Assembly (NCBI GenBank): GCA_019753105.1 | Contig: JAIELJ010000007.1 | Coordinates: 57,195 to 121,194, forward strand | Reading direction: 5' to 3' | DNA length: 64,000 nt | From: Hyphomonadaceae bacterium | GTDB taxonomy: Bacteria > Pseudomonadota > Alphaproteobacteria > Caulobacterales > Aquidulcibacteraceae | Position numbers and translations under genes: made by a program | Shown: positions 36,881-46,821 of the stretch, piece by piece | Layout of the letters: the number at the start of each line of letters is the position of its first letter | How positions within the stretch are numbered: position 1 is the first letter of the stretch | Notes under the pieces: generated by a model | What the model was told of the DNA's origin: nothing | What the model saw: the letters and a program-made list of their open reading frames with translations, nothing else | The model's database searches: none

Positions 36881-37576
36881 ATGCCGCATACCCATTTTGA
36901 ACGCCACAACACTGACCGGATCGGCTGGCTGCGCGCCGCCGTGCTCGGCGCCAATGACGGCATCGTTTCGACAGCCAGTCTCATTATGGGGGTTGCCGCT
37001 GCGTCCGCGGGGCGCGGCGATGTGCTGGTTGCCGGTGTCGCTGGGTTGGTTGCCGGCGCCATGTCGATGGCGGCGGGCGAGTTTGTGTCGGTGAGTTCGC
37101 AATCGGACGCCGAGCGTGCGGATCTCGCGCGCGAACGGAAGGAATTGGCGGAAGAGCCCGCCATGGAGCTGCAGGAGCTCACCAACATCTATATCGGGCG
37201 CGGGGTGGAGCCGGCGCTGGCGCTGCAAGTCGCCGAGCAGATGACGGCCAAGGACGCGCTGGCTGCGCACGCGCGCGATGAACTTGGTTTGTCATCGATA
37301 ACGCAAGCGCGTCCGATCCAGGCGGCTATAGCGTCCGCGGCGGCGTTCGCGACGGGGGCGGCATTGCCGCTGGCCGTGGTGGTGGCGTTGCCATTCGAGA
37401 TGCTGGCGAGTGCTGTGCCCATTTCTTCGCTCTTGTTCTTGACGGTGCTGGGCTTTTGGAGCGCGCGCACCAGCGGAGTCCGGTCGTGGAAGCCGGTGGT
37501 GCGTGTAGTGGGATGGGGCGCTTTCGCGATGGCGGTGACGGCCGCCATCGGCGCGCTCTTCGGCGCGGTGGTTTAG
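36881..37576 (+). CDS. VIT1/CCC1 family Fe/Mn transporter
   Basis: LRAAVLGANDGIVS, SMAAGEFVSVSSQ. Confidence 0.93.
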   Translation: MPHTHFERHNTDRIGWLRAAVLGANDGIVSTASLIMGVAAASAGRGDVLVAGVAGLVAGAMSMAAGEFVSVSSQSDAERADLARERKELAEEPAMELQELTNIYIGRGVEPALALQVAEQMTAKDALAAHARDELGLSSITQARPIQAAIASAAAFATGAALPLAVVVALPFEMLASAVPISSLLFLTVLGFWSARTSGVRSWKPVVRVVGWGAFAMAVTAAIGALFGAVV

Positions 37577-39321
37577 CTCTCAGCGTAGAGCGCGCGTGCG
37601 ACCTCGGCCTCGCGGCGATCATTGATGATGCGGCGCGAGACATCGTCGGGGACACCGACGCTGTTGAGCACCGCTTCGCTGAGCTGTAGCGCCGCTTCAA
37701 TGGAATCGGGGCTGGCGAGCGCTGCGCCAGCGGCGTGCAAACGGCGCGCATGATCGCCATCGCGCGCACGCGCATAGATCGGAATGTGTGGCCAAGCCCG
37801 CTTCACTTCGCCGACGATGCGCTCGGCGGCGCTCGTGTCATTGATGGTGACGACGATTGCGGCCGCATTGGCCGCGCCGACAGACTCCAGTAACTGGCGG
37901 CTTGATGCGTCGCCATAATAGACGGGGCGGCCTTGATCGCGGAGCGAACGCACGAGCGCCGCTTCACCCTCGACGCCGACGTGAGCGATCTCTTGGGCGC
38001 TCAATATGTCCGCCAACGTCTGGCCGACGCGGCCGAAGCCGGCAATGACGACGTGCCCGGATTCGGTGGCGGCTTCGGCGGGTGGCGTATGCTTGCTGGG
38101 GTCATCGCCGCCGATACGCGCAGCGATGCGGCCGCCCAAACCCGCGACGAGCGGGGTTATGAAGATCGAGAGCGCCGTTACGATCAGCATGAAATTGGCT
38201 GTGTCTTGCGGGATCGCGCCGCCGGCGCGCGCTGCCGCGATAATCACAAACGCGAACTCGCCTGCCTGGCCGAGCAGGAATGCTGTTTCGATGGCGCGCG
38301 GCCAAGAGAGTCCGAAGAGTTTCGCGAGCGGCGCGATGATCGCGATTTTCAGCGCGAACAGCCCAATCACACCGACCAGTATGAGCACCGGTTGGCTCAG
38401 CAGGAGCTGAATGTCGATCTGCATGCCGACAGTGACGAAGAACAAGCCGAGCAACAGATTCTTGAACGGATCGAGGTCCGCTTCGATCTGATGGCGAAAC
38501 TCGGTTTCAGCGAGCAAGAGCCCGGCGAGGAAGGCGCCGAGCGCCATGGAGAGTCCCGCCATTTGCGCCGCCGCCGCCATGCCGATGGCGGCCAGCAAAG
38601 CGGCCGCGATGAAAATCTCGCGGCTATCGGCGCCGGCGACCCATCGAAACAACGGCCGCAGCAGCAGACGTCCAACGACGACGATCACGCCGATCGCGGC
38701 AAGTGCGGTGAGCAACGAGATAAACACTTGGCCTTCATTGAAGGCGCCGGCATCGGGGCTGAGCGCTGCAACCACGAAGAGGATCGGCACGACCATCAGG
38801 TCCTGCATCAGCAGCACCGAAAACGCGCTGCGTCCGACCGTCGTTGCGATCTGGCGGCGTTCTCTCAGGAGCTGCAGCACGAGCGCGGTGGAGGAGAGCG
38901 CGAACGCGAGGCCGAGCACCGCCGAGACTGCAAAGCTGTTGTCGAACGCCATCGCGACCGCGCCGATTGCCAGCGCACAGAGCGCGACCTGCGCGAAGCC
39001 AAGCCCGAACACGAACCGCCGCATCGCCCACAAGCGCTCAAACGAGACCTCTAGTCCGATGATGAAGAGAAGGAACACAACCCCGAGTTCGGCGAGGAAG
39101 AGCGTCGGCGCGTCTTCCTCAAGCTCGAACGCGCCGAGCCAGGGCCAGTTTTCCGCAAGCCGCCCAAGCACGTGCGGCCCCATGGCGACGCCGATCAGCA
39201 GAAAGCCCATGACAGCGCTCAGCCGCGCTTTCCGTAGCGCCGGGACGACGACGCAGGTCGCGGCGAGGAACACCAACGTCTGGGTGATCACTTCCGCTGT
39301 CCCGGCCGTATGTCCCTCCAT
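37573..39321 (-). CDS. CPA2 cation:proton antiporter (KefB/KefC-like) with TrkA-N domain
   Basis: AELGVVFLLFIIGLE, SSTA, MQD, IAGFGRVG. Confidence 0.92.
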   Translation of the reverse strand: MEGHTAGTAEVITQTLVFLAATCVVVPALRKARLSAVMGFLLIGVAMGPHVLGRLAENWPWLGAFELEEDAPTLFLAELGVVFLLFIIGLEVSFERLWAMRRFVFGLGFAQVALCALAIGAVAMAFDNSFAVSAVLGLAFALSSTALVLQLLRERRQIATTVGRSAFSVLLMQDLMVVPILFVVAALSPDAGAFNEGQVFISLLTALAAIGVIVVVGRLLLRPLFRWVAGADSREIFIAAALLAAIGMAAAAQMAGLSMALGAFLAGLLLAETEFRHQIEADLDPFKNLLLGLFFVTVGMQIDIQLLLSQPVLILVGVIGLFALKIAIIAPLAKLFGLSWPRAIETAFLLGQAGEFAFVIIAAARAGGAIPQDTANFMLIVTALSIFITPLVAGLGGRIAARIGGDDPSKHTPPAEAATESGHVVIAGFGRVGQTLADILSAQEIAHVGVEGEAALVRSLRDQGRPVYYGDASSRQLLESVGAANAAAIVVTINDTSAAERIVGEVKRAWPHIPIYARARDGDHARRLHAAGAALASPDSIEAALQLSEAVLNSVGVPDDVSRRIINDRREAEVARALYAES

Positions 39322-39361
39322 GCGATTTTCGCTCCGTTAGGGCGCCGTAACGTCGGGCGCG

Positions 39362-39370
39362 TGCGCCGCA
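39362..39370. promoter_or_regulatory. Possible PhaR-box-like site upstream of mcd
   Basis: TGCGCCGCA fits TGCRNYGCA; short and GC-rich, so it could be chance. Confidence 0.35.
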
Positions 39371-39419
39371 TTCGCAAGTGCGAAAAGGTTGGCTAGGTTG
39401 GGACGACTCGTGAGGCCGT

Positions 39420-41036
39420 ATGACTGATCTTCTCCCCCAACTTGACGCAGCCGCCAATGCCGCCGGCGCCTATGCCGACGCCGCCCGCACCGTCGTCAAA
39501 TCGCGCGTGACCAAAGGCGGGAAGATCGATCGCCGCGCGATCGACCGGGAACAGCACATCGTTCACGGTTTGGCGTGGGTGGCGACTTATGCCGAGACGT
39601 TGCGTGAAGTGCGCGATTGGGCGTGCGCGCTGACCGAAGCGGGCAAATTCGGCGAGGCCGAGCGCCTGTTGGCGAAGCTGCTCGCCAGTGAATATTGCGC
39701 TCAGCTCGCCGGCGGCCTGCCGATGACGCAAGTCGAGATCGTCCGGCCAGGCGATTTTGGCCTGGCGCCGATCAGCGTCTCAATCGAGATCACGCAGGAA
39801 GAGAAGACGCGGCTCGCGGCGCTTTTGCGGGAGGGGCGTGGGCGAGCGACGTTCGAGGAGACCAACCTCGACAGCGATTCCGAGATGATCCGCGATCAGT
39901 TCCGCAAGTTCGCCGATGTTGAAGTCGTGCCGTATGCGCATGGCTGGCACATGCGCGATGAACTCATCCCGCTGGAAATCATCCAGCAAATGGGAGAGCT
40001 CGGCGTTTTCGGTTTGACCATCCCCGAGGAATTCGGCGGCGCGGGTCTCGGCAAGACCGCGATGTGCGTCGTCTCGGAAGAATTGTCGCGCGGCTATATC
40101 GGCGTCGGCTCTCTGGGCACGCGCTCCGAGATTGCCGCGGAACTCATCCTCACAGGCGGCACTGAAGAGCAGAAGGCGCATTGGCTGCCAAGGATCGCCA
40201 GTGCTGAAATCCTACCCACGGCCGTGTTCACCGAACCCAATACCGGCTCCGACCTCGGCTCCTTGCGCACGCGTGCGGTGCTCGACGGCGAAGATTATGT
40301 CGTCACCGGCAACAAGACCTGGATCACGCACGCCGCGCGCGCGGACGTAATGACGCTTCTGGTCCGCACCGATCCAGCCACAGACAATTTCTCCGGCCTT
40401 TCCATGCTGCTCGCCGAGAAACCGCGCGGCGACGATGCCGAGCCATTCCCCGCGCAAGGCATGACCGGCGGCGAGATTGAAGTGCTCGGCTATCGCGGCA
40501 TGAAGGAATACGAAATCGGCTTCGATGGTTTCCGCGTGGGGCAAGCCAATTTGCTCGGCGGTGTCGAGGGCCAGGGCTTCAAACAGCTGATGGCGACGTT
40601 CGAGTCCGCGCGCATCCAGACAGCAGCGCGCGCTGTTGGCGTTGCGCAATGCGCGCTCGAATTGGGCCTGCAATACGCGCTCGAGCGCAAGCAGTTCGGC
40701 GTCGAGATTTTTGAGTTTCCGCGCGTCTCTAACAAGCTCGTCATGATGGCGGCCGAGATCATGGCGTCGCGGCAGATCACGTACTTCGCGGCGCGCCGCA
40801 AGGATTCCGGCAAACGCTGCGATGTCGAGGCCGGCATGGCGAAATTGCTGGCCGCGCGTGTCGCCTGGGCTGCCGCTGACAACGCGCTGCAGATCCATGG
40901 CGGCAACGGCTTTGCGCTCGAATATCCGATCAGCCGCGTTCTCTGTGACGCGCGCATCCTCAACATTTTCGAGGGTGCGGGTGAAATTCAGGCGCAAGTT
41001 ATTGGTCGGCGCTTACTGGAAGAGGGCGCCAACTGA
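39420..41036 (+). CDS. mcd: Acyl-CoA dehydrogenase, methylsuccinyl-CoA dehydrogenase type
   Basis: 538 aa ACAD with N-terminal extension (HGLAWVATY), VFTEPNTGSD, IFEGAGEIQ; same region as ccr and ecm. Confidence 0.85.
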   Translation: MTDLLPQLDAAANAAGAYADAARTVVKSRVTKGGKIDRRAIDREQHIVHGLAWVATYAETLREVRDWACALTEAGKFGEAERLLAKLLASEYCAQLAGGLPMTQVEIVRPGDFGLAPISVSIEITQEEKTRLAALLREGRGRATFEETNLDSDSEMIRDQFRKFADVEVVPYAHGWHMRDELIPLEIIQQMGELGVFGLTIPEEFGGAGLGKTAMCVVSEELSRGYIGVGSLGTRSEIAAELILTGGTEEQKAHWLPRIASAEILPTAVFTEPNTGSDLGSLRTRAVLDGEDYVVTGNKTWITHAARADVMTLLVRTDPATDNFSGLSMLLAEKPRGDDAEPFPAQGMTGGEIEVLGYRGMKEYEIGFDGFRVGQANLLGGVEGQGFKQLMATFESARIQTAARAVGVAQCALELGLQYALERKQFGVEIFEFPRVSNKLVMMAAEIMASRQITYFAARRKDSGKRCDVEAGMAKLLAARVAWAAADNALQIHGGNGFALEYPISRVLCDARILNIFEGAGEIQAQVIGRRLLEEGAN

Positions 41037-41086
41037 GTTGCAGGTCCGCGCAGGGCGTGGCTAGGATCGCCGCCTTGAGAGGTTTC

Positions 41087-41419
41087 ATGCGCGCTCTGCT
41101 TTTGGCTCTGACCGTCGTGGCGCTAACGACTGGAGCGGCGTTCGCGCAGAAGACGCCGGACAACACCCCCGCGCCACCGGCCGCCACCGCCTACAATGAT
41201 GAGTGGCGGCGCAATTTCATCGAAGGCTGCATAGAAGGCGTCAACGGTTTGCCGCGTCCGATTTGCCAGTGTGGGATCGATACGATCGAGCGGGAAGTGC
41301 CGTTCGCGGACTCGCAGGCGCTTGATGAAGCAGCCGCAGCGGGCCGCAGCCCCGATCCGCGTACGCTTGACGCGTATCGCTCGATCCTGCAGCGCTGCCT
41401 CTCTAACACCGACGCTTGA
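41087..41419 (+). CDS. Secreted four-Cys hypothetical protein A
   Basis: Signal peptide ending AFA; FIEGC...ICQC...QRC. Confidence 0.75.
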   Translation: MRALLLALTVVALTTGAAFAQKTPDNTPAPPAATAYNDEWRRNFIEGCIEGVNGLPRPICQCGIDTIEREVPFADSQALDEAAAAGRSPDPRTLDAYRSILQRCLSNTDA

Positions 41420-41428
41420 GGAGACGGC

Positions 41429-41773
41429 ATGGCGCGCGTTTTGGATTTGCTCCAGTTCCGTAAGGTTTTTGCCGTCACGGCGCTGACGTTCCTCGCTGCG
41501 TGCGGACAGCAAGGCGCTGACTACCCGCCGCAGGTGGAACTCAACTTCCGCAATGCGTGCGAGGCCAGCAGCCAGATCGAGGGCTTGTGCGCGTGCGTGT
41601 GGGAACGGATCGAGGCTGAAGTCCCGGCGAGCGATCTGATGGCGCTGGAGCGGCTCCCGATCAACGAGCGCCAGGCGCATCCGCTGACAAGTCAGATCGA
41701 GACCTATTCCTACGCCTGCGCCGAAGAATTGGGCGCAACGGCGCCTTCCACGGAACCAGCGCCCGCGCCGTGA
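41429..41773 (+). CDS. Four-Cys lipoprotein B
   Basis: Lipobox LAAC; FRNAC...LCAC...YAC. Confidence 0.78.
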   Translation: MARVLDLLQFRKVFAVTALTFLAACGQQGADYPPQVELNFRNACEASSQIEGLCACVWERIEAEVPASDLMALERLPINERQAHPLTSQIETYSYACAEELGATAPSTEPAPAP

Positions 41774-41785
41774 GTTGAGCGGGTG

Positions 41786-41950
41786 ATGCCTCGGCTGACC
41801 CCTCGCCAAGCGCTCTTGACCGCCTGTTTGATCAGCGGGCTGATCACTGCCGCGTGCGCCAGCGTGGCGCCTCCGCCGTCTGATCAGGCCGCTTTGGCGC
41901 CGGTGGCAAGCGAAACCCCGCCCGCGAGCGTGGCGCGTGAGGCTGAATAG
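41786..41950 (+). CDS. Small putative lipoprotein (54 aa, absent from the ORF track)
   Basis: MPRLTPRQALLTACLISGLITAACASVAPP...EAE; translated by hand. Confidence 0.5.
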   Translation: MPRLTPRQALLTACLISGLITAACASVAPPPSDQAALAPVASETPPASVAREAE

Positions 41951-42042
41951 CCCGCTTAACGACGTTTCCGTTCCGGTCTTTTAACCGCGTTGGCCTATGA
42001 TCGGCTCAATAGGCGGCAATTCTTGCCGCCTGGGAGCGTCCG

Positions 42043-42312
42043 ATGCGTTCACCTTTGATCGCACTCGCCGCGCTGACGCTCGCGAGCTGCGGGCAGGGCG
42101 CGCCTCACCCGTACCCGGAAGCCGCGCAACAGCGCTTCGAAGCGTCATGCCCGAGCGATAGCCAAGTCTGCGTCTGCACGTGGGATCAGCTCACGCGCAC
42201 GATGACGTACGACGAATACGAAGCCGCACTGCAGCGCTTCCGCGAGACCGGGCTGATGGAGCCGAAGGTCACGCGGGCGCGCACGCAATGCATCGAACGT
42301 CATCGCGAGTAG
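42043..42312 (+). CDS. Four-Cys lipoprotein C
   Basis: Lipobox LASC; FEASC...VCVC...TQC. Confidence 0.78.
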   Translation: MRSPLIALAALTLASCGQGAPHPYPEAAQQRFEASCPSDSQVCVCTWDQLTRTMTYDEYEAALQRFRETGLMEPKVTRARTQCIERHRE

Positions 42313-42315
42313 CGA

Positions 42316-42717
42316 TCAGGCTTTCTTGTTGAAGAGCGCGCTATCGGCGCTCCACGGCCCGCCGCCGGCGGCCGCGATGTAAAGAAAGACAAAGCAGAAC
42401 AGGATCGACGCGTCGCCGCCGTTCTGCACCGGGTAGAACGATTGCGTTGCGTGAAACATCCAATACGCGACAGCCATCATGCCGGAGAGCACGAACGCGA
42501 CCGGGCGGGTGAAGAGGCCAATCAGCAGTAGCACGCCGCCGCCAGCTTCGAGAACGCCGCCGACCCACATCAGCGTCATGGGTTCGGGCGGGGTCGCGAA
42601 CATCTCCGTGGCTGGGAAGCCGAAAAGCTTGGTGGTGCCGTGTGCGATAAACAAAAGCGCGCTGACGATCCGCAAGATGCTCAGTAGCGGACCCGAGAAC
42701 GATGTCAGAAATCCCAT
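42316..42717 (-). CDS. DoxX family membrane protein
   Basis: LRIVSALLFIAHGTTKLFG, LEAGGG..LLIGLFTR. Confidence 0.92.
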   Translation of the reverse strand: MGFLTSFSGPLLSILRIVSALLFIAHGTTKLFGFPATEMFATPPEPMTLMWVGGVLEAGGGVLLLIGLFTRPVAFVLSGMMAVAYWMFHATQSFYPVQNGGDASILFCFVFLYIAAAGGGPWSADSALFNKKA

Positions 42718-42774
42718 GAGTTGCCTCCCTTTGGGGAGAGCTAAGTACGCGCCGCCGCGTTTGACCAGCGCATT

Positions 42775-43383
42775 CTAGACGCCGCTCGCCTGATCGATGA
42801 GCGCCAGCCGCGCGACAATCGTTTCAGGCTTTAGGAGAGCGCCGGGTGCGATGACGGCATTTGCGCCAATGCGCACGCTATCGCCAACGAGCGCTCCGAA
42901 CTTATCTACGCCCGTATCCATGACCCCATCGGCCGCTGTGATGCGGATGCGCTTCTCGGCGCGTTCGTTGCGATAGTTTGCGATCATCGCGCCAGCCTCG
43001 ATGTTGACGTCAGCGCCGATCACGGAATCGCCGATGAAATTCAGATGCGCCGCCTTGCTGCCCGCGAACATGAAGCTCGACTTGAGCTCAACGCCTGGCC
43101 CGAGAATACAATCGTGATCAAGGAAGCATCCGCCGCGGAGCAGCGCGCTCGATGCGACGAAGCAATTCGGGCCGATGAGCGTTGGGCCCTTCAATTGTGC
43201 GCCGGGTTCGATGATTGCGCTGCGATGAATCATGGCGTCGCCGTGCAATGCATATCCATCGCCGCACGCCTTCATCAGTTGGCGCACAATGTCGGGTGCA
43301 TTGGTGGTCAGATACCAGGGCGTTTGGCTGGCATACGCCGCGAGCGCCGTGTTGGCGATGTCGCGGACATAAGCGCTGATCAC
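42775..43383 (-). CDS. Hexapeptide-repeat acyltransferase (GlmU C-terminal-like)
   Basis: Left-handed beta-helix repeats; [19 protein letters not shown]. Confidence 0.85.
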   Translation of the reverse strand: MISAYVRDIANTALAAYASQTPWYLTTNAPDIVRQLMKACGDGYALHGDAMIHRSAIIEPGAQLKGPTLIGPNCFVASSALLRGGCFLDHDCILGPGVELKSSFMFAGSKAAHLNFIGDSVIGADVNIEAGAMIANYRNERAEKRIRITAADGVMDTGVDKFGALVGDSVRIGANAVIAPGALLKPETIVARLALIDQASGV

Positions 43384-43991
43384 GTCGCGCGCCGGCTTTG
43401 CAATGCTGCGAAGAGGGTGCCGTCATCGAGCAAATCAAGCTCGCCGCCAACCGGCACACCGTGCGAGAGGCGACTGACGGTTATGCCAAGTGGTTGCAGG
43501 CGCTCAGCCAGATAGTGCGCGGTGGTTTGACCATCGACGGTGGCGGAAAGCGCCAGGATGATTTCGCGCACGCCCGCGCCGCTCGCGCGCTCCATCAGTT
43601 TGGGGATGCGCAGATGGTCGGGCCTGACGCCATCGAGCGCCGAGAGCACGCCACCCAGCACATGATAGCGCCCTTTGAACGCGCCAGCGCGCTCAAGCGC
43701 CCATACGTCGCCAACTTCGGCGACAACGCAGATCAAGCCGTCATCGCGATCGTACGCGCTACACAACGCGCACGGGTCTTGCGTATCGAGCGCGCCGCAA
43801 TTCGAGCACGCGCGCACCTTCTCCGCCGCTTCGCCAAGCGCTGCCGCCAGCGGGACCATGAGTTGATCCTTGCGCTTCAACAGTTGCAACGCCGCCCGCC
43901 GCGCCGAACGTGGCCCTAAGCCGGGCACCTTCGCTAGCAGCGCGATCAGCGCCTCGATCTCCGGCGCCGCAGTGATGGACTTGGAACGCAT
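43380..43991 (-). CDS. recR: Recombination mediator RecR
   Basis: [18 protein letters not shown] zinc finger, YHVLGG, TVDGQTT, VPVGGEL. Confidence 0.96.
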   Translation of the reverse strand: MRSKSITAAPEIEALIALLAKVPGLGPRSARRAALQLLKRKDQLMVPLAAALGEAAEKVRACSNCGALDTQDPCALCSAYDRDDGLICVVAEVGDVWALERAGAFKGRYHVLGGVLSALDGVRPDHLRIPKLMERASGAGVREIILALSATVDGQTTAHYLAERLQPLGITVSRLSHGVPVGGELDLLDDGTLFAALQSRRAT

Positions 43992-44050
43992 CGTACTCAG
44001 ATAGCGATTGACGCCGCGAGTCGCGAGGCCTTCACGCACCTGATCTGGCC

Positions 44051-45133
44051 TCAAGCCACATCCAAACGATGCACGTTGACGCCGATAGCGAAGGCGCGCG
44101 TGATGCCGCCCTCGCGCACGACGCGAATCTTGTTCACCGCCCGGCCCATCTCGACCGGCGCCCAGGTCGCGCCGCCATCGCGGGTCTCGAAACCGGTATT
44201 GGTCGAGCCGATCCAGCCCCAATTGTCGTCAACGAAGCCGACGCCGAACTCGCGCACCGAAGTATCATCGATGAGCGGCAGTTCGCGCCAAGTTGCGCCG
44301 CCATCGGTGGTTTTCACCAGCACCCGCGCCGTCGCGCCTTCGGCATAATTCTGCACGGTGGCGTAGCCGACATTGCGGCTGGGGAAGCTCATCTTCCAGC
44401 AATTTTCGAACGGACGGTTCGAGCGATACGCCTCGGCCCAGGTCGCGCCGCCATCGGTCGTGCGCAGGATCATCGCATTGGCTTGCGTCATGTCCTGTGA
44501 ACTCGCAGCACAGACGAGGCCGTTGTCTGCATCGAAGAACTTCACGTCGAGGATCATGCCGGCATGGGGCCGGAGATCGATCACGCGCCAGGTTTCGCCA
44601 CCATCGAGGGAGCGCAGCATCGTCGCCGATCCGCCGACGCGGCCAGCCGCGTGGATGATCGCCGCATCGCGCAACTCGCCCTGAAAGATGCGCCGTTCGC
44701 GTAGAATATCGATGCCGCAAATACCGGCGACGATGCCGATGTTTTCCGCAACAACCGGCGTCCAGGTCGCGCCGCCGTCGCGCGTGCGATAGAGTGGGTT
44801 GGTGTCGGTGACGCCCGGATAATAGTTCGTCCCGACATTACCGAGAAAACCGTTCTGCGCATCGACGAAGCCGAGCGCGCGGATGAACGTGCCGGGCTGC
44901 TCCCAGAGCAACGACCACGTCTCGCCGCCATCGCCGGTGCGATAGAGCTTGCCCGCGCCATTGCCGTACCAACCGATGTCCGGCGTAACGAACGAGATGT
45001 CATCCTGCTTGCCGCGATAAGGCTCGGTGGTGAGCTGGCGCCATGCTGGCGGGCTTTGCGCCCACACGTCGCCTGCGAAGCCGCTCGACGCGATGACGCT
45101 GCTTGCGCCGAGTGCAAATTGCCGACGATTCAT
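44051..45133 (-). CDS. Tat-exported YCF48/BNR-repeat beta-propeller protein
   Basis: MNRRQF signal; repeated T.DGG.TW Asp-boxes. Confidence 0.85.
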   Translation of the reverse strand: MNRRQFALGASSVIASSGFAGDVWAQSPPAWRQLTTEPYRGKQDDISFVTPDIGWYGNGAGKLYRTGDGGETWSLLWEQPGTFIRALGFVDAQNGFLGNVGTNYYPGVTDTNPLYRTRDGGATWTPVVAENIGIVAGICGIDILRERRIFQGELRDAAIIHAAGRVGGSATMLRSLDGGETWRVIDLRPHAGMILDVKFFDADNGLVCAASSQDMTQANAMILRTTDGGATWAEAYRSNRPFENCWKMSFPSRNVGYATVQNYAEGATARVLVKTTDGGATWRELPLIDDTSVREFGVGFVDDNWGWIGSTNTGFETRDGGATWAPVEMGRAVNKIRVVREGGITRAFAIGVNVHRLDVA

Positions 45134-45226
45134 AAAATCCCTCCGCCTGATCTCGTTAGAGGTAAGCACGCGCCACGCGCCGTCAAAGCCGGTCGTCGCG
45201 CAGATGCCGCCGTTTGTCGCCTGCGT

Positions 45227-46774
45227 TCAGGGGCGCATGCCGAAGCTGGACGGGCCTGTTTGCAGTGATTTCTGCGCCAAATTTGCCCATTCACACAGCA
45301 GGGGACGCGTGTCGCGCGGGTCGATGATCTCTTCGGCGTAGAAGCTCTCGGCTGTACGGAAGGGCGAACGCAACGCCTCGGCCCAGGCGCGGATTTCGGC
45401 GAGGCGTTTTTCGGGATCGGCGCTTGTCTCGATGTCGCGTTTGTAAGCGGCCTCGATGCCGCCCTCCATCGGCAGCGAACCCCAATCGCCGGAGGGCCAG
45501 CAATAGCGGTACTTCACGCGCGTCGGGTTCATCATCGCCGAGCCCGCCAGCCCGTACGCCGCACGCACCACGATCGAGCACCACGGCACCTTCGCCTGAT
45601 ACACCGCCGCCATCGCTTGCACGCCGAGCTTCACCGTCGCCGCACGTTCATGCTTCACGCCGACAGCGAAGCCTGGGCAATCGACGAAGTGCACGACCGG
45701 CAGATGGAACGTCTGCGCCAGATCAATGTGCTTGATCACTTTGCGGCACACATCCGCCGTCCACGCGCCGGCAAGAAACATCGGATCGCCCGCGAGCACG
45801 GCGACGCTGTGGCCGTCGATGCGCGCGAGGCCTGTGATGATGCCGCGCCCCCATTGGCGGCCAGTTTCGAAGAATGAACCGGCGTCCACGCAGGCTTCAA
45901 CGATGCGACGCATCTTGTACGGCACACGCCGGTCGCGCGGAATGGCATTGATGAGCGTTGCATCGCGGCGATCATTAGGATCGCCGTTCAGTACGCGTGC
46001 GGCGCGTTCATCGATGGAGGCGGGGAGATAGGAGAGAAATTTGCGTGCCGCCGCGAACGCTTCCGCTTCGCTGGCGACGATATCATCGACAACACCGTTC
46101 TTGCCGTTGATCTCGGCGCCGCCGAGTTCTTCCTTGGTCACGTCCTCGCCGATCGCTTTCGCGACCGGCGGCCCTGCGACAAATACTTGGCTCAAGCCCT
46201 GAACCATGACGCTGTAATGGCTCGCCGCCACGCGTCCCGCGCCTAAGCCCGCGCACGGCCCAAGCGCCAGTGACACCACAGGTACGCTCGCCATATTGGC
46301 GACGACCCATTCCCAGCCGGGTGTCTGCGGAATGTAAGTGCGAGGGTCTTTCTCCAGCATCTTCACCGAACCGCCGCCGCCCGTGCCGTCGACCAATCGG
46401 ATCAGCGGCATGCGATATTCGTTGGCCATCTGCTCGGCGAAGACGAGCTTCTGCCAGATGCCAGCATCGGCAGCGCCGCCGCGTACGGTGAAGTCGTCGG
46501 CCTGGATGCACACGGGCCGCCCATCGATGGCGCCGCGGCCGACGACGAACGGCGTCGGCAGAAAGGACTTCATCTCATTGTCGGCGCCATACTCGGCGCG
46601 GCCAGCAATCTTGCCCGTCTCGTGAAAGGAGCCTGGATCAAGCAGCGCATCAACGCGCTCCCGCGCTGTCAGCTTGCCGCTCTCTTTTTGCCGCGCGACC
46701 CGCTCGTCGCCACCCATTTGCTCGGCCAGCTTTTCGCGGGCGCGCAATTCCTCGATGTCTTTTTCCCAGCTCAT
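45227..46774 (-). CDS. Acyl-CoA carboxylase carboxyltransferase subunit
   Basis: KLTARERVDALLDPGSF, DFTVRGG, VDCPGF. Confidence 0.9.
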   Translation of the reverse strand: MSWEKDIEELRAREKLAEQMGGDERVARQKESGKLTARERVDALLDPGSFHETGKIAGRAEYGADNEMKSFLPTPFVVGRGAIDGRPVCIQADDFTVRGGAADAGIWQKLVFAEQMANEYRMPLIRLVDGTGGGGSVKMLEKDPRTYIPQTPGWEWVVANMASVPVVSLALGPCAGLGAGRVAASHYSVMVQGLSQVFVAGPPVAKAIGEDVTKEELGGAEINGKNGVVDDIVASEAEAFAAARKFLSYLPASIDERAARVLNGDPNDRRDATLINAIPRDRRVPYKMRRIVEACVDAGSFFETGRQWGRGIITGLARIDGHSVAVLAGDPMFLAGAWTADVCRKVIKHIDLAQTFHLPVVHFVDCPGFAVGVKHERAATVKLGVQAMAAVYQAKVPWCSIVVRAAYGLAGSAMMNPTRVKYRYCWPSGDWGSLPMEGGIEAAYKRDIETSADPEKRLAEIRAWAEALRSPFRTAESFYAEEIIDPRDTRPLLCEWANLAQKSLQTGPSSFGMRP

Positions 46775-46821
46775 GGCGCGCGTCTCCGGCTGCGATGCTA
46801 GCGCAAGCGGATCGGCGGCGG

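Noticed and set aside
41951-41990. CtrA site from two TTAAC motifs
   Set aside because: The spacing does not fit TTAA-N7-TTAA.
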